A DNA stretch of 64,000 bases. Source: an uncultured Gemmatimonadales bacterium. GTDB taxonomy: Bacteria; Gemmatimonadota; Gemmatimonadetes; Gemmatimonadales; GWC2-71-9. The position numbers and the translations under genes were made by a program. The notes under the pieces are model-generated. The model was not told the origin of the DNA, did not search any database, and saw only the letters and a list, made by a program, of their open reading frames with translations. Positions 26,191-35,848 of the stretch are shown here, piece after piece (the stretch's first letter is position 1; every line of letters begins with the position of its first letter). Where the stretch lies: positions 352,001 to 416,000 of the forward strand of contig CAWCVB010000002.1 of the NCBI GenBank assembly GCA_963798915.1, read 5' to 3'.

Positions 26191-26407
26191 TCCTTGGAAA
26201 TGGTCGTCGGTCGTCGGTCGGCGAGATCTGTCATCCTGAGCGAAGCGAAGGATCTGCTCACCGGCGTCGGGGCCCGGACCAGCAGATCCTTGGAAATGGT
26301 CGTCGGTCGGCGAGATCTGTCATCCTGAGCGAAGCGAAGGATCTGCTCACCGGCGTCGGGGCCCGGACCAGCAGATCCTTCGGCCGCTGCGCGGCCTCTG
26401 GATGACA
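26191..26407. repeat. TGTCATCC...GGATGACA palindromic element, tandemly part-duplicated
   Basis: TGTCATCCTGAGCGAAGCGAAGGATCTGCT at 26229 and 26318; closes with GGATGACA at 26407. Confidence 0.85.
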
Positions 26408-26449
26408 CCTGCTGTGACATCTGCCGAGCAGGGGCTTCCAGCCCCGTGA

Positions 26450-28534
26450 CTACCGAGCAGCGGCTTTCAGCGGCGTGACACGCGCCGAGCCGCCGAGCCG
26501 CCGAGCCCACGCCTCGATCTCGGTGAGCCCGCTCGAAGCGCCCGGCTGATGGGTCAGCACCAGCCGAAGTCTCGACGTCTCGATCGGGGCGAAGCTCACC
26601 CGATTGGCGCGATGGCCCTGGGGCTGTTCCGGTGAGCGCCGCTGGTCGGGTATCTCCTGCCATGCTCCATTGCGCCATGCCGCCAGCTTGTAACCTGCCG
26701 GCGCGCGAATGCTGTCGCCGTCATCCAGGAAATAGAGCATGACCCATTCGACCGGTCGGCTGACCCCGAAGTCGAGCTGTACCGTGTCTGCGGCGTTGCC
26801 CGAGCCGAGGGCGGTCCAGCGGTTGGGCGGCGAAGCGTGATACCAACGGTTGCCGTCAATCAGAACGTGGGGCGGTGATTTCGGCGCGCTGTACGAGGCA
26901 CGGATGGCAGGGAACGCCCCTGAGTCGTTGTTGACCGCAAAGTTTACCGGCCGGTCCACCGGCGCGAGCGCCGGTGGCGAGCCCATGTCCGCGACCAGCC
27001 GGGTGAGTTGCGCTGCCCGTCCCACGCGATGGCCATCCACATAGAGTGCCAGCCCCGCGCCGCGCCCATAGTGGGAGCCGTCCCGGTCCCAGAAGATCGA
27101 GACCTGGCGGCCCCGGTACGCTACACCGTCCAGCGCAAACCAGTCCCAGGTGTCGGGAATGAGCGGGTGGACTTCCAGCGAATCATCGCCCCGGGGCCGG
27201 AGGCCGGCGAGGCCGGTGATGATCAGGTCCACGTAGCTCGAATGGAAATAGTGCTCGCTGTGATTATAGGAATCGTGGCCGCGCCAGGACCCGGTAAGCG
27301 GATTGGCGGCTTCGGCGATGTAGGGCCGGCCGTCCTTGCGCTGGTCCAGCGTGAAGACCTTGAGCAGCCGGAAATAGTCTCCCGGTGTCACCACCGTCTG
27401 CCGGTAATCGTTCAGCAGGTTCGCCATGGCCGTCAGCGTCTGGCTGGTAGCGTAGGGCCACTCGTTGCCGCTCCAGACGCAGCAGGTGGGAGAGATCAGG
27501 AACTGTGGATCGTGCTGCTCGACCGTGGTGGGACCGTGCGGCGCCATGAAGTAGCTGCTGTCCATCAGGAACCGCCAGGCGCCCTCGTAGCCCGAGTCCG
27601 GCAGGCTGAACTGCCAGGGTACGTAACCGATCAGCTCACGCCCATGGGAGTTCCCCGCATACGGTCCGGTCTCGTAGGTGCGGCTGCCGGCGCGGATCCC
27701 TCCTTTTTCGTCGTGTGCAAACTGGTGAAAGAAGAATTGCCGGGTGGAATCCCAGAGTTCATCCTGCACCCGTGTCTTGAGGCGCGTCGCCCGGCTGGCG
27801 TAATCGCGCGACAGCGCGGAGTCGCCGAACAGCTGAGCAGCCGAGGCGATAGCCCGTGCATCGGCGAACAGATAGCTGTTGAGCGTGGGCCGGTATCCCT
27901 CGGCGCCGGCAAAGGAGTCCGCCGTCTGGCGGCTGTTGATATTGGTTTCCATGCCGTCGTGCATGCCGTCCCACCGGAACATCGCGTGGGCCGAGTCCCA
28001 GTGCTCGGTCAGCCAGCCCTGATATTGAGTGAGCATGTGCGGCAGCATCCGGTGAAGAAAGGCGGAGTCGCCGGTGACGAGATATGCGGCCCAGACCGCA
28101 TCGCCATACCAGTTGCTGTAGCTCCGGGGTTCCGCACCGGGTGTCTCGAACCAGTAGCGCGCGAAGTCCTCGACGTAGCGCCGGTCCTTGAGCCACCGGG
28201 TTTCATACATCTGGTGGCCCAAGGGACAGCTGATCGAGCCGTACGCGCCCGACCAGAAGGGCCGGTCAATGAATTCGGTGAAGGTGTAGCCGGTTTCCGG
28301 CGAGCCGTAGGTCAGGTGCTTGGTGACCAGCTCCCAGCGGTAATAGTAGGTGGCGTCGATAGCCGAATCGGGCGACTCGAAGAAGGGAATGTTGTGTTCA
28401 TACCAGTCCCAGTCCTGATTGTCCCACCAGGTTTGGCGCGCGAGAATGGCGCGATGATCCAGTGCCGGGGGCGCCGTGCGACAGGCGGTGATGATGGCGG
28501 ACGCCGTGATGGCGGCCAGCATGAGTCTTGTCAT
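26450..28534 (-). CDS. GH63-like (MGH1-type) glycoside hydrolase lipoprotein with C-terminal discoidin-like domain
   Basis: NIPFFE, YYYRW, DGME, RPTLNSY, WSGNEWPY, HYFHSSY.DLIITGL. Confidence 0.8.
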   Translation of the reverse strand: MTRLMLAAITASAIITACRTAPPALDHRAILARQTWWDNQDWDWYEHNIPFFESPDSAIDATYYYRWELVTKHLTYGSPETGYTFTEFIDRPFWSGAYGSISCPLGHQMYETRWLKDRRYVEDFARYWFETPGAEPRSYSNWYGDAVWAAYLVTGDSAFLHRMLPHMLTQYQGWLTEHWDSAHAMFRWDGMHDGMETNINSRQTADSFAGAEGYRPTLNSYLFADARAIASAAQLFGDSALSRDYASRATRLKTRVQDELWDSTRQFFFHQFAHDEKGGIRAGSRTYETGPYAGNSHGRELIGYVPWQFSLPDSGYEGAWRFLMDSSYFMAPHGPTTVEQHDPQFLISPTCCVWSGNEWPYATSQTLTAMANLLNDYRQTVVTPGDYFRLLKVFTLDQRKDGRPYIAEAANPLTGSWRGHDSYNHSEHYFHSSYVDLIITGLAGLRPRGDDSLEVHPLIPDTWDWFALDGVAYRGRQVSIFWDRDGSHYGRGAGLALYVDGHRVGRAAQLTRLVADMGSPPALAPVDRPVNFAVNNDSGAFPAIRASYSAPKSPPHVLIDGNRWYHASPPNRWTALGSGNAADTVQLDFGVSRPVEWVMLYFLDDGDSIRAPAGYKLAAWRNGAWQEIPDQRRSPEQPQGHRANRVSFAPIETSRLRLVLTHQPGASSGLTEIEAWARRLGGSARVTPLKAAAR

Positions 28535-28592
28535 AGGTCGTGGGTCGTCGGTGGGCAGATCACCGGTCGTCGGGCGCAAGCGTCGGCTCGCC

Positions 28593-28626
28593 CATCCCGC
28601 CCGTCCTGCCCATCCTGCCCATCCTG
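28593..28626. repeat. Nonamer repeat (CATCCTGCC/CGTCCTGCC), about 4 units
   Basis: Visible; same family as 44164-44226. Confidence 0.7.
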
Positions 28627-28627
28627 T

Positions 28628-29635
28628 TTACGGCTTCAAGACCGTCCATTCGATCTCATTCAGCAGGTTGCCCACCGCTTCGGCCGAGTCGCTGGTGTAG
28701 GCAAAGCAGCCGGCGCCGCCATCGGCGCTCACACCCTCGAGCCGGCCCACCGTCTCCCGCACCCAGTCATCGCGGGTGAACGAGCGGCGCAGGCAGAGCC
28801 GCACGTGATAAGGCTTGGCGATCCTGAGGGGCGACAGTTCACCGGCCTTGACCCGGCGGACGGCGCGTGCCGCCGCTTCACGGAGCATCCGGTGCACGGT
28901 CGGGAGGGGGAGCGTGGCAGCCGACGAACGGGAGAAGACGGTCTTCACGGTGACCGTCTCCAGGGGCCCCAGCATCTCCCTCGTCTCGGCCGTCAGCACG
29001 TCGTCACCGGCGGCAAGCGCCATGGGCACGCCCATCTCGCCGCCAATGAAGGCTGCGATGGCCGCTTCGTTGAGCTGCTTCCCGTTCACGGTGAACGAGT
29101 CGAAGGCGAAGCTGTGCGAGATGACGCCAGGACTCCCCGCGTTGGCATGCGCCCCCACGATCATCATGGCATCCACCATCGGGTTGAGGCCGGTGGACAT
29201 CACGATCGGCTTGGGATAGCCACGGATGAGGATTGCCTCGGGGTCGAGCTGGTCCACCAGGATGTTGCGGAACAGGGTGCCGCCGTGGCCCTCGTTCACG
29301 ATGAACTGGGTGGCGCCGCCCTCACGCGCGCCTGCGATGACCGCGTTCACCTCGTCGGTCAGCTCCTGGCGGAAGCGCTCGTGCTCGGGCGACCCGCCCC
29401 GGCTCACCGGCCGCATCTCGGTCGCGTTCCGCACCACGCCGCCCAAACCTTCCATGTCGGCGATGATGTAGACGCTGAATCCGTCCTTCTGCATGTCCTG
29501 CTCCAGCTTCTGGCGGGCAAGCTGGTACTCGGTCACGCCGAAATACGCCTCGGGGGGCGTGGTGTCGCGCGGTTGTTCCTGCGCCAAGAGCGGCAGCGGC
29601 AGCAGGACCAGGGCGGCAAGGATGCGGGCGCTCAA
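28628..29635 (-). CDS. M55 family D-aminopeptidase (DppA-like), secreted
   Basis: ADMEG, NEGH, GAHA, SHSF, NE, GDD; signal peptide. Confidence 0.85.
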   Translation of the reverse strand: MSARILAALVLLPLPLLAQEQPRDTTPPEAYFGVTEYQLARQKLEQDMQKDGFSVYIIADMEGLGGVVRNATEMRPVSRGGSPEHERFRQELTDEVNAVIAGAREGGATQFIVNEGHGGTLFRNILVDQLDPEAILIRGYPKPIVMSTGLNPMVDAMMIVGAHANAGSPGVISHSFAFDSFTVNGKQLNEAAIAAFIGGEMGVPMALAAGDDVLTAETREMLGPLETVTVKTVFSRSSAATLPLPTVHRMLREAAARAVRRVKAGELSPLRIAKPYHVRLCLRRSFTRDDWVRETVGRLEGVSADGGAGCFAYTSDSAEAVGNLLNEIEWTVLKP

Positions 29636-30612
29636 TGGAGCACCGCCGATTCGATGGCGTCGAGCAGATAGCCCATCTCGCGCGCGCTGCTGGTCACGAA
29701 GCGGAAACTGCGCTCGCCGGTCTTTTCCAGCTTGAAGTCGGGCAGGGCCGCCACGGCGGTCACTACGCTGTCGGGATAGCTGCGGCGCAGCTTGAAGGCG
29801 ACCGTGTAGGGGCGGCTCATGGTGAAGGGCTTGAACTCGCCGGCGCGTTCCCGGCGAACCGCCTCCTTGGCGCCGTCCTCCAGCATCTTCCGGACGTGCG
29901 CGGGACTGTAGGTGATGGCGGCGCTGCGGCCCACCGCGCGCTTGGTCACGATCGCGACAAATCCCTCGGGCAGCATCTTCTGCGTCTCGGCGATCAGCAC
30001 GTCGTCGCCGCTCACCAGTGAGACCGAGACACCAAGCTCGCCGGCGATCAGCGCGTTGATGCCCACCTCATTCAGCTTCTTGCCATTCACGGTGAACGAG
30101 TCAAAGGCAAAGTTGTGCGCCATCACGCCGGGACTTCCGGCATTGGCGTGGGCGCCGGTGAACATCACCGTGCCAAAGCTGCTGTCGATGCCGGTGATCA
30201 TCACCAGCGGCTTGGGGAAACCGCGGATCAGGATCGCTTCGCTGTCGAGATCCCAGGGCAGCACGTTGGCGAACAGGTTGCCGCCGTGGCCCTCGTTGAC
30301 CACGAAGCTGCGGGCCCCGGCCGCGCGGGCGCCCTTGATGGTGGCATTCACTTCCTGGGTGAGCAGCGATCGGAAGTGATCCCAGTAATCCGGACTGGTG
30401 AGATTCTTGTAGTGCTCGCCCTCGTTGCCGGCGATCACTTCATGGATGTCCACGGCGCTTCCCATGCCTTCCATGTCCGGGATGATGTACACCCGGAACC
30501 CGTCCTCGTGGGGAATCTGCTTGGCGCGGAATTCGGCCGTGGATGACCGTCGCGCCTGGGCGTGGAGTACCGAGGCGACACAGAGCAATGCGGGCAGGAC
30601 CAGGGATCGCAT
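29632..30612 (-). CDS. M55 family D-aminopeptidase (DppA-like), secreted paralogue
   Basis: PDMEG, NEGH, GAHA, AHNF, NE, SGDD; signal peptide. Confidence 0.85.
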   Translation of the reverse strand: MRSLVLPALLCVASVLHAQARRSSTAEFRAKQIPHEDGFRVYIIPDMEGMGSAVDIHEVIAGNEGEHYKNLTSPDYWDHFRSLLTQEVNATIKGARAAGARSFVVNEGHGGNLFANVLPWDLDSEAILIRGFPKPLVMITGIDSSFGTVMFTGAHANAGSPGVMAHNFAFDSFTVNGKKLNEVGINALIAGELGVSVSLVSGDDVLIAETQKMLPEGFVAIVTKRAVGRSAAITYSPAHVRKMLEDGAKEAVRRERAGEFKPFTMSRPYTVAFKLRRSYPDSVVTAVAALPDFKLEKTGERSFRFVTSSAREMGYLLDAIESAVLH

Positions 30613-30636
30613 CGTCGTTCTCCCGAAGTTCGGGTG

Positions 30637-32079
30637 TCAGGGGTTGCCGAGCATGAGCAGCCGCAGTTCCGTCATCTCCTCGATCGCGTAGCGCACACCT
30701 TCCCGGCCCAGGCCCGATGCCTTGGCACCGCCGTAGGGCAGGTGATCCACCCGGAAGCCGGGCACGTCATTGACTACCACGCCGCCCACGTCCAGCCGCT
30801 CGAATGCGTGCAGGATGCGCCGCATGTTGTTGGTGAACAGCCCGGCCTGGAGTCCATAAGGCGAATCGTTGACTGCGGCGATGGCATCGTCGAAGTCGGC
30901 GTAGCGCCGTACCGTGGTCACTGGCGCAAAGATCTCCTCACAGTTGACCCGCATGGTGCCGGTGGTGTCGAGCAGGACGGTGGGCGCGAGCACAGCGCCA
31001 TGCCGGTGGCCACCCGCCGCCACGTGCGCGCCCGCTGCCACCGCTTCTGCGATCCACTGCTCGGCGCGCTCGGCGCTGGCCTGGTCAATCATGGGGCCGA
31101 CATCGGTGGCCTCTGACATCGGGTCGCCGGTGCGGAGTTTCTGGACGGCGGCGGCGTAGCGCCTGGTGAAGTCGTCGTAGAGCGACTGGTGCACCAGGAT
31201 GCGCTGGGTCGAGATGCAGGATTGTCCCGCGTAGATGTAGCCCCCTGCCACGCAGCGGCTGATGGCGTGATCCAGGTCGGCATCGGGTTCGATGATGACG
31301 GCAGCATTGCCACCCAGCTCGAGCGCGACGCGCTTGGTGCCGGCGCGCTGCCGGATGGCCCAGCCCACCCGGCCCGACCCGGTGAAGGTGACCATCCGGA
31401 CGCGCGGATCCTCGATCAGCGGTGTCGCCACTTCGTTGCTGCAGGGGAGGACAGAGATGGCGCCGGCCGGATAGCCGCTCTGACTCAGCATCTCGCCCAG
31501 CAGCAGCGTCGAGAGCGGATCCTGTGGTGGCGGCTTGAGCACCATGGTGGCGCCGCAGGCGATGGCGGGCGCCAGCTTATGCGCCGCCAGGAGCACGGGA
31601 AAGTTGAAGGGGATAATGGCCGAGATGGGCGAGAGCGGGAAGCGGCGGGTGAGGCCCCAGCGATGCTCCCCATGCGGCAGGAGATCCATGGGGATCACTT
31701 CGCCGCCGATGCGCTTGGCCTCTTCGGCCCCCTGCTGGAAGACGAAAATGGCCCGGTCAATCTCTCCCCGGGCCAGGGCGACGGGTTTGCCGGCTTCGGC
31801 CGCGAGCAGCCGGGCCAGCTCGTCCCGCCGGCTGGCGACGGCGGTGCGGATCCGGTCCAGCGCCGCGGCGCGGGCGTGGGACGGGAGTGCGGCGGCCTCG
31901 GGGGCGGCGGCCACGGCGGCATCCAGCGCGGCAGCGACGTCGCTGGGGCTGGCCATGGCGGCGAGGCCCACCAGCTCCCCGGAAAAGGGGCTCCTGATTT
32001 CGGTGGATGCGTCGCCTTCGCGCAGCTCGCCATTCAGCAGGAAGGGCCAGGTGCGGGTGGAAGGCGCGGTGGCGGTCAT
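30637..32079 (-). CDS. Aldehyde dehydrogenase
   Basis: PFNFP, FTGS, LELGGNA, AGQSCIS, EEIFAPV, PYGGAKASGLGREG. Confidence 0.93.
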   Translation of the reverse strand: MTATAPSTRTWPFLLNGELREGDASTEIRSPFSGELVGLAAMASPSDVAAALDAAVAAAPEAAALPSHARAAALDRIRTAVASRRDELARLLAAEAGKPVALARGEIDRAIFVFQQGAEEAKRIGGEVIPMDLLPHGEHRWGLTRRFPLSPISAIIPFNFPVLLAAHKLAPAIACGATMVLKPPPQDPLSTLLLGEMLSQSGYPAGAISVLPCSNEVATPLIEDPRVRMVTFTGSGRVGWAIRQRAGTKRVALELGGNAAVIIEPDADLDHAISRCVAGGYIYAGQSCISTQRILVHQSLYDDFTRRYAAAVQKLRTGDPMSEATDVGPMIDQASAERAEQWIAEAVAAGAHVAAGGHRHGAVLAPTVLLDTTGTMRVNCEEIFAPVTTVRRYADFDDAIAAVNDSPYGLQAGLFTNNMRRILHAFERLDVGGVVVNDVPGFRVDHLPYGGAKASGLGREGVRYAIEEMTELRLLMLGNP

Positions 32080-32183
32080 GAGCTCGGGTCCGGAAAATTG
32101 GAATTGTCGGGTCGAGGGGGCGGCCCACAGGGAATGTTCAGCCAAGTGGGCCGAAGCGCCAGAGGTGGGTTGGATTAGGTCAG

Positions 32184-32980
32184 GATGCTCCTACGGCTGA
32201 CAGCCGTGGCTCGCGCATCAGAGGTGCTCCCACGGCTGAAAGCCGCGGCTCGGCTATTCGAGTCGCCCTGCGGGCGACTCTGCGGGGGGAGGCTCCGTAC
32301 CGCATTGAACAGGTAAGGGCACCGGGACGGAATCTCCCATATTGATGCATGCATCGACTCCATGTCCATCTAGTGTGGACGACCCGCAATCGGATGCCGC
32401 TGATCACCGGCGAGCGCGCCCGGTTTCTGGAGCGGTATCTCCAGGCCACGGCGCGGCATTACCGGGCGCGCGTGCTCGCCATCGGCATGGTCTCGACGCA
32501 TGTGCACGTGCTCATGCGCTTCGAGCCGGTGACCGTTCTCTGCGAAGTGGTGCAGGCGCTCAAGGGCGGCAGTGCCACGGTCGCCAACCGCGAGATTCGT
32601 GAGGGCCCGCCACTGCGCTGGGCGCGCGGCTACTCGATGCACACGCTCAGCGAGCGGAGCCTCGAGGCGGTACGGGCCTATCTGGGTCGGCAGGTGGAGC
32701 ATCACCCTCTGGAACGAATCGCGGGCTGGCAGAGCGGCGTGTTGGCCGGAGAGGAAGCAGAGTTGTCGATACAGAGTCGCCGCAGGCCACTGCAAATCGG
32801 AAGTGGCTGACCTCATTGCTCCGGACGGTGCGGGGCACTCCCTTGCATAGTCGCCGCAGGCGACTCGAACACGCCGAGGCGCGGCTTTCAGCCGCGCGAA
32901 AGGCCAAACTCACACCGAGGCGCTGCTTTCAGCCGCGCGAAAAGCCAAACCCACGCCGAGCCGCGTGGCTTGCAGTCGCG
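32184..32980 (+). mobile_element. IS200-like / REP-associated Y1 transposase locus with flanking inverted hairpin repeats
   Basis: 32230-32283 and 32845-32897 are imperfect inverted repeats, each made of two hairpins; extra hairpin copies lie outside on both sides. Confidence 0.75.
32349..32810 (+). CDS. tnpA: IS200/IS605-family HUH (Y1) transposase
   Basis: HLVWTTRNR.PLI, HVHVL (HUH), LKGGS, WARGY, Y...Q..HH. Confidence 0.9.
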   Translation: MHRLHVHLVWTTRNRMPLITGERARFLERYLQATARHYRARVLAIGMVSTHVHVLMRFEPVTVLCEVVQALKGGSATVANREIREGPPLRWARGYSMHTLSERSLEAVRAYLGRQVEHHPLERIAGWQSGVLAGEEAELSIQSRRRPLQIGSG

Positions 32981-32992
32981 CAAAACATCATC

Positions 32993-33294
32993 TCACCCCG
33001 ACGACCCCGCGCGCCGGGGCGCCCGGGTCGGATCCACCCGCCGCCGCATCGCCGCACCGGCCCACGCCGGCAAGAGGCAGAAGGCGCCGTAGATGCCAAA
33101 AATGATCAGCCCCAGCGGCATGAGACTGCCGCTGGGGTTCAGGGCGAACGCCACCACCGCCTGCGCCGCGAACGGCGCGAAGGCCCAGCGCCAGTTCCGG
33201 TCAGGACTGAAGAACGCCAGCGCCGCCACAATGAGTGCGAGCGAGGGCAGGCACCAGCGATGGGGTAGGCCCACTTTTCTGACAGAGTGGTCAT
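32993..33294 (-). pseudogene. Membrane protein with deletion/frameshift
   Basis: MTTLSEKWAYPIAG start is out of frame with the hydrophobic C-terminal WRW...LMPLGLI part. Confidence 0.45.
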
Positions 33295-33539
33295 CACCAC
33301 GCTCCGGAAGCTGCCGCTCGCCTGATGAACAGGGACAGCAGCCGGCTGGCTGCCACGTGTGAATGTTTCATGTCGGGTGGTGGGGCGCAAGGAGTGGCCG
33401 CGGAATGCTCGGAATCAGGCGTCGCGGGTCGAGAGTCGTGTAGAGGGCGGCCCGCGGGCCGCCTGGGCCGAGTCACCATCTCCGAGTTCCTCATGGACCC
33501 CGGTTTGCACCGGGGTGACACCGCGGGCGAGCTTCGGCC

Positions 33540-33584
33540 TCGCCAACTCGCCAACTCGCCAACTCGCCAACTCGCCAACTCGCC
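33540..33584. repeat. Octamer microsatellite (TCGCCAAC)5
   Basis: Visible directly. Confidence 0.9.
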
Positions 33585-33585
33585 C

Positions 33586-34326
33586 CTACCTCATCGCCGT
33601 CGCAATCGCCCGCTCCGCCAGTGGCGCCATGATGCGGTATCCCGCCTCGTTCGGGTGCACACCGTCCGAAGAGAGTTCCTGCCGCATGCCCTGCTTCTCG
33701 TTTGCCATCGCCGAGTGGTAGTCGAGATACACTGCATCATGCTTGGCGGCGTACTGCCTTATCCAGGCGTTGAGCGCCACGATCTTCCCGGCCGGTTCCA
33801 GTCCCCGTTTCCAGGGATAATCGAACACCGGCAGCACCGAGGCGAGGATGACCTTGATGCCATTGGCCTGGGCCAGCTCGGTCATCGAGGCCAGGTTGTC
33901 CTCGATCATGCCCAGGGTGGAAGGTCCCGTGTTGCCCGCGATGTCGTTGGTGCCGGCCAGGATCACCACCGCGGCTGGATGGAGATCGATCACATCCTGC
34001 CGAAACCGCACCAGCATCTGCGGGGTGGTCTGCCCGCTGATCCCTCGGCCCACATACGGCTTCCCGGGGAACTCGGCGTCGAAGTACCTGGCCCACGCGT
34101 CGGTGATCGAGTTCCCCATGAACACCACCCGCTGCTCACCCGGCTTCGGCGCACCGAGTGCAGCGTTGGCCTCGCGATAGCGCTTGAGATTGGCCCAGTC
34201 GGTGCGGAGCTGGTCGGTGTCCTGGGCCGCGAGTGGCGCGCCACTGATGAGCACCGCCAGAATGATGAGGCCATACCGGCTCAGCGCGAGCCCTGGCAGC
34301 CGGGAGCCCTGTGGATATCGTGACAC
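33586..34326 (-). CDS. SGNH/GDSL hydrolase, secreted
   Basis: FMGNSIT, RGISGQTT, AGTND, DGVHP. Confidence 0.92.
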   Translation of the reverse strand: MSRYPQGSRLPGLALSRYGLIILAVLISGAPLAAQDTDQLRTDWANLKRYREANAALGAPKPGEQRVVFMGNSITDAWARYFDAEFPGKPYVGRGISGQTTPQMLVRFRQDVIDLHPAAVVILAGTNDIAGNTGPSTLGMIEDNLASMTELAQANGIKVILASVLPVFDYPWKRGLEPAGKIVALNAWIRQYAAKHDAVYLDYHSAMANEKQGMRQELSSDGVHPNEAGYRIMAPLAERAIATAMR

Positions 34327-34402
34327 ATGCCCTCCCATTTTCATGCAGCTGAAAACCGCTATGCGACCGGTGGTCGCTCGCGGGCGGCCCGCGGGCCGCG
34401 CT

Positions 34403-34615
34403 CTACACATGCCTCGCCGCCGCCGGCCTGGAGGGAAAGATCACGATCATCGCCACCATGAATCCCAGCAGGACCAGGGAGGCCGAGTAGCGGCTCAGTG
34501 CCAGGCCACCCTCGCTGAGTGGCTTGTCGAGGAAATCGCCCACCACCGCGCCCAGGGGCCGGGTGATGACGAAGGCTGCCCAGAAGAGCAGGGTGACTTC
34601 CGGAACTTTGCTCAC
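34403..34615 (-). pseudogene. COG4705/DUF347 membrane protein reduced to its N- and C-termini
   Basis: SKVPEVTL joined to FWAAFVITRPLGAVVGDFLDKP..GGL. Confidence 0.75.
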
Positions 34616-34672
34616 GATCTCGTCAGCGCTGGTATTCCCGCGATGCCCGTCACAAAGCGGGCAAGCTGCGTC

Positions 34673-35212
34673 TTACCAGCCTTCACGCTCCCGCAGGCCC
34701 CTGATCTGCGCCGCATGATGCCGACCGTGCCAGGCATACAGCTGCAGGGCATGGTCAATCGAGACGCTGCCCCGGCTCGGATGAATGTAGCAGCGCAGGA
34801 AGGCCGCGGGCTCCAGCGATCGGAGCAGCCAGGTCCACCGGGCATGCAGCCCGGCCAGCAGCAGGAGCGAAAGCGCGGGCGGGGCCTTGCGTGCGTCACC
34901 CGTCTCGGCCCAACGGGGCTCGATGTACTTCCGGATGGCCGGATCGTCCTCGGTGAGCGCCATTTTGACGTAGGAAAAGGCGTTGAGGTGCTCGTCCGCC
35001 ACATGATGCGTGATCTGCCTCGGCGACCAGCCGCCCTCCCGGTACGGATGGTCGAGGTGCCGATCGTCGAGGCCGGCCACGGCAGATCCCAGCTCTTCGG
35101 GCAGCCCGGCGAGCTGCACGATCCACCGCTCCCGCATCGGGGGCGACACCTCGGCCTCGACGTGCAGCGCTCCGATCGGGTAGCGAATGGCGTCGAGATC
35201 GGCGGCGGTCAT
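34673..35212 (-). CDS. YfiT/DinB family (bacillithiol-transferase-like) metal-dependent protein
   Basis: RYPIG, YREGGWS.RQ..HHVAD.H, YAWHGRHHAAQI. Confidence 0.9.
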   Translation of the reverse strand: MTAADLDAIRYPIGALHVEAEVSPPMRERWIVQLAGLPEELGSAVAGLDDRHLDHPYREGGWSPRQITHHVADEHLNAFSYVKMALTEDDPAIRKYIEPRWAETGDARKAPPALSLLLLAGLHARWTWLLRSLEPAAFLRCYIHPSRGSVSIDHALQLYAWHGRHHAAQIRGLREREGW

Positions 35213-35784
35213 CGCTGGGCCTCGCGCGCGTGGTGCAGGCAGACCACACCGGACGGCAGGGTCGTTCCTTCGACGGTGGTGAGTCCGATCCGATCGCGGA
35301 TGCCGTGGTACAGCGGGAGGCCGGCTCCGAGCAGCACCGGATTGACAAGACTCCAGTAATGATCGATCAGGTTCTCCGCCATGAGCGCATGCGCCACCGA
35401 GACGCTGCCGAACATCAGGATGTCGCCGCCAGTGCCGCGCTTGAGTTCGCGGACCTGCTCGGGCAGGTTGGTGCCGATGACCGTCGTGCCGGGCGCCGGG
35501 TGCTCGGGCAGCGTGCGCGAGACCACCACCTTGGTCACGCTGTTGTACCACTGCGAATGCTGGATGTCGTGCGCCGTGGCGTTGGGCTGCTCCGCTGCCG
35601 TCGGCCAGTAAGACTGCATCATCTCCCAGGTCACCCTGCCGTACAGCGCGGTATCGGCCGAGTCGGTGCGCGCTCCGGCATAGGCAAAAACATCGTCCGT
35701 GACGGTGATCCAGTCCATCTCGCCCTTGGGGCCGGCCACGAAACCATCGAGGGACACGTGCATGAAGAGCACCAGACTGCGCAT
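35209..35784 (-). CDS. Dihydrofolate reductase family (RibD C-terminal) protein
   Basis: SLDGF, GRVTW, K.VVSRTL, GS, P.LLGAG. Confidence 0.88.
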   Translation of the reverse strand: MRSLVLFMHVSLDGFVAGPKGEMDWITVTDDVFAYAGARTDSADTALYGRVTWEMMQSYWPTAAEQPNATAHDIQHSQWYNSVTKVVVSRTLPEHPAPGTTVIGTNLPEQVRELKRGTGGDILMFGSVSVAHALMAENLIDHYWSLVNPVLLGAGLPLYHGIRDRIGLTTVEGTTLPSGVVCLHHAREAQR

Positions 35785-35848
35785 GGAATGTTCGCTCCAC
35801 CAGTGAGATAGTCGGACTGCGTATCGGAAGATTACAGGACAGTGCAGC

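Noticed and set aside
27008..29671. Long antisense ORFs (also 8415-10433, 42165-44090, 12532-14097)
   Set aside because: Shadow ORFs of high-GC coding genes with no recognisable motifs
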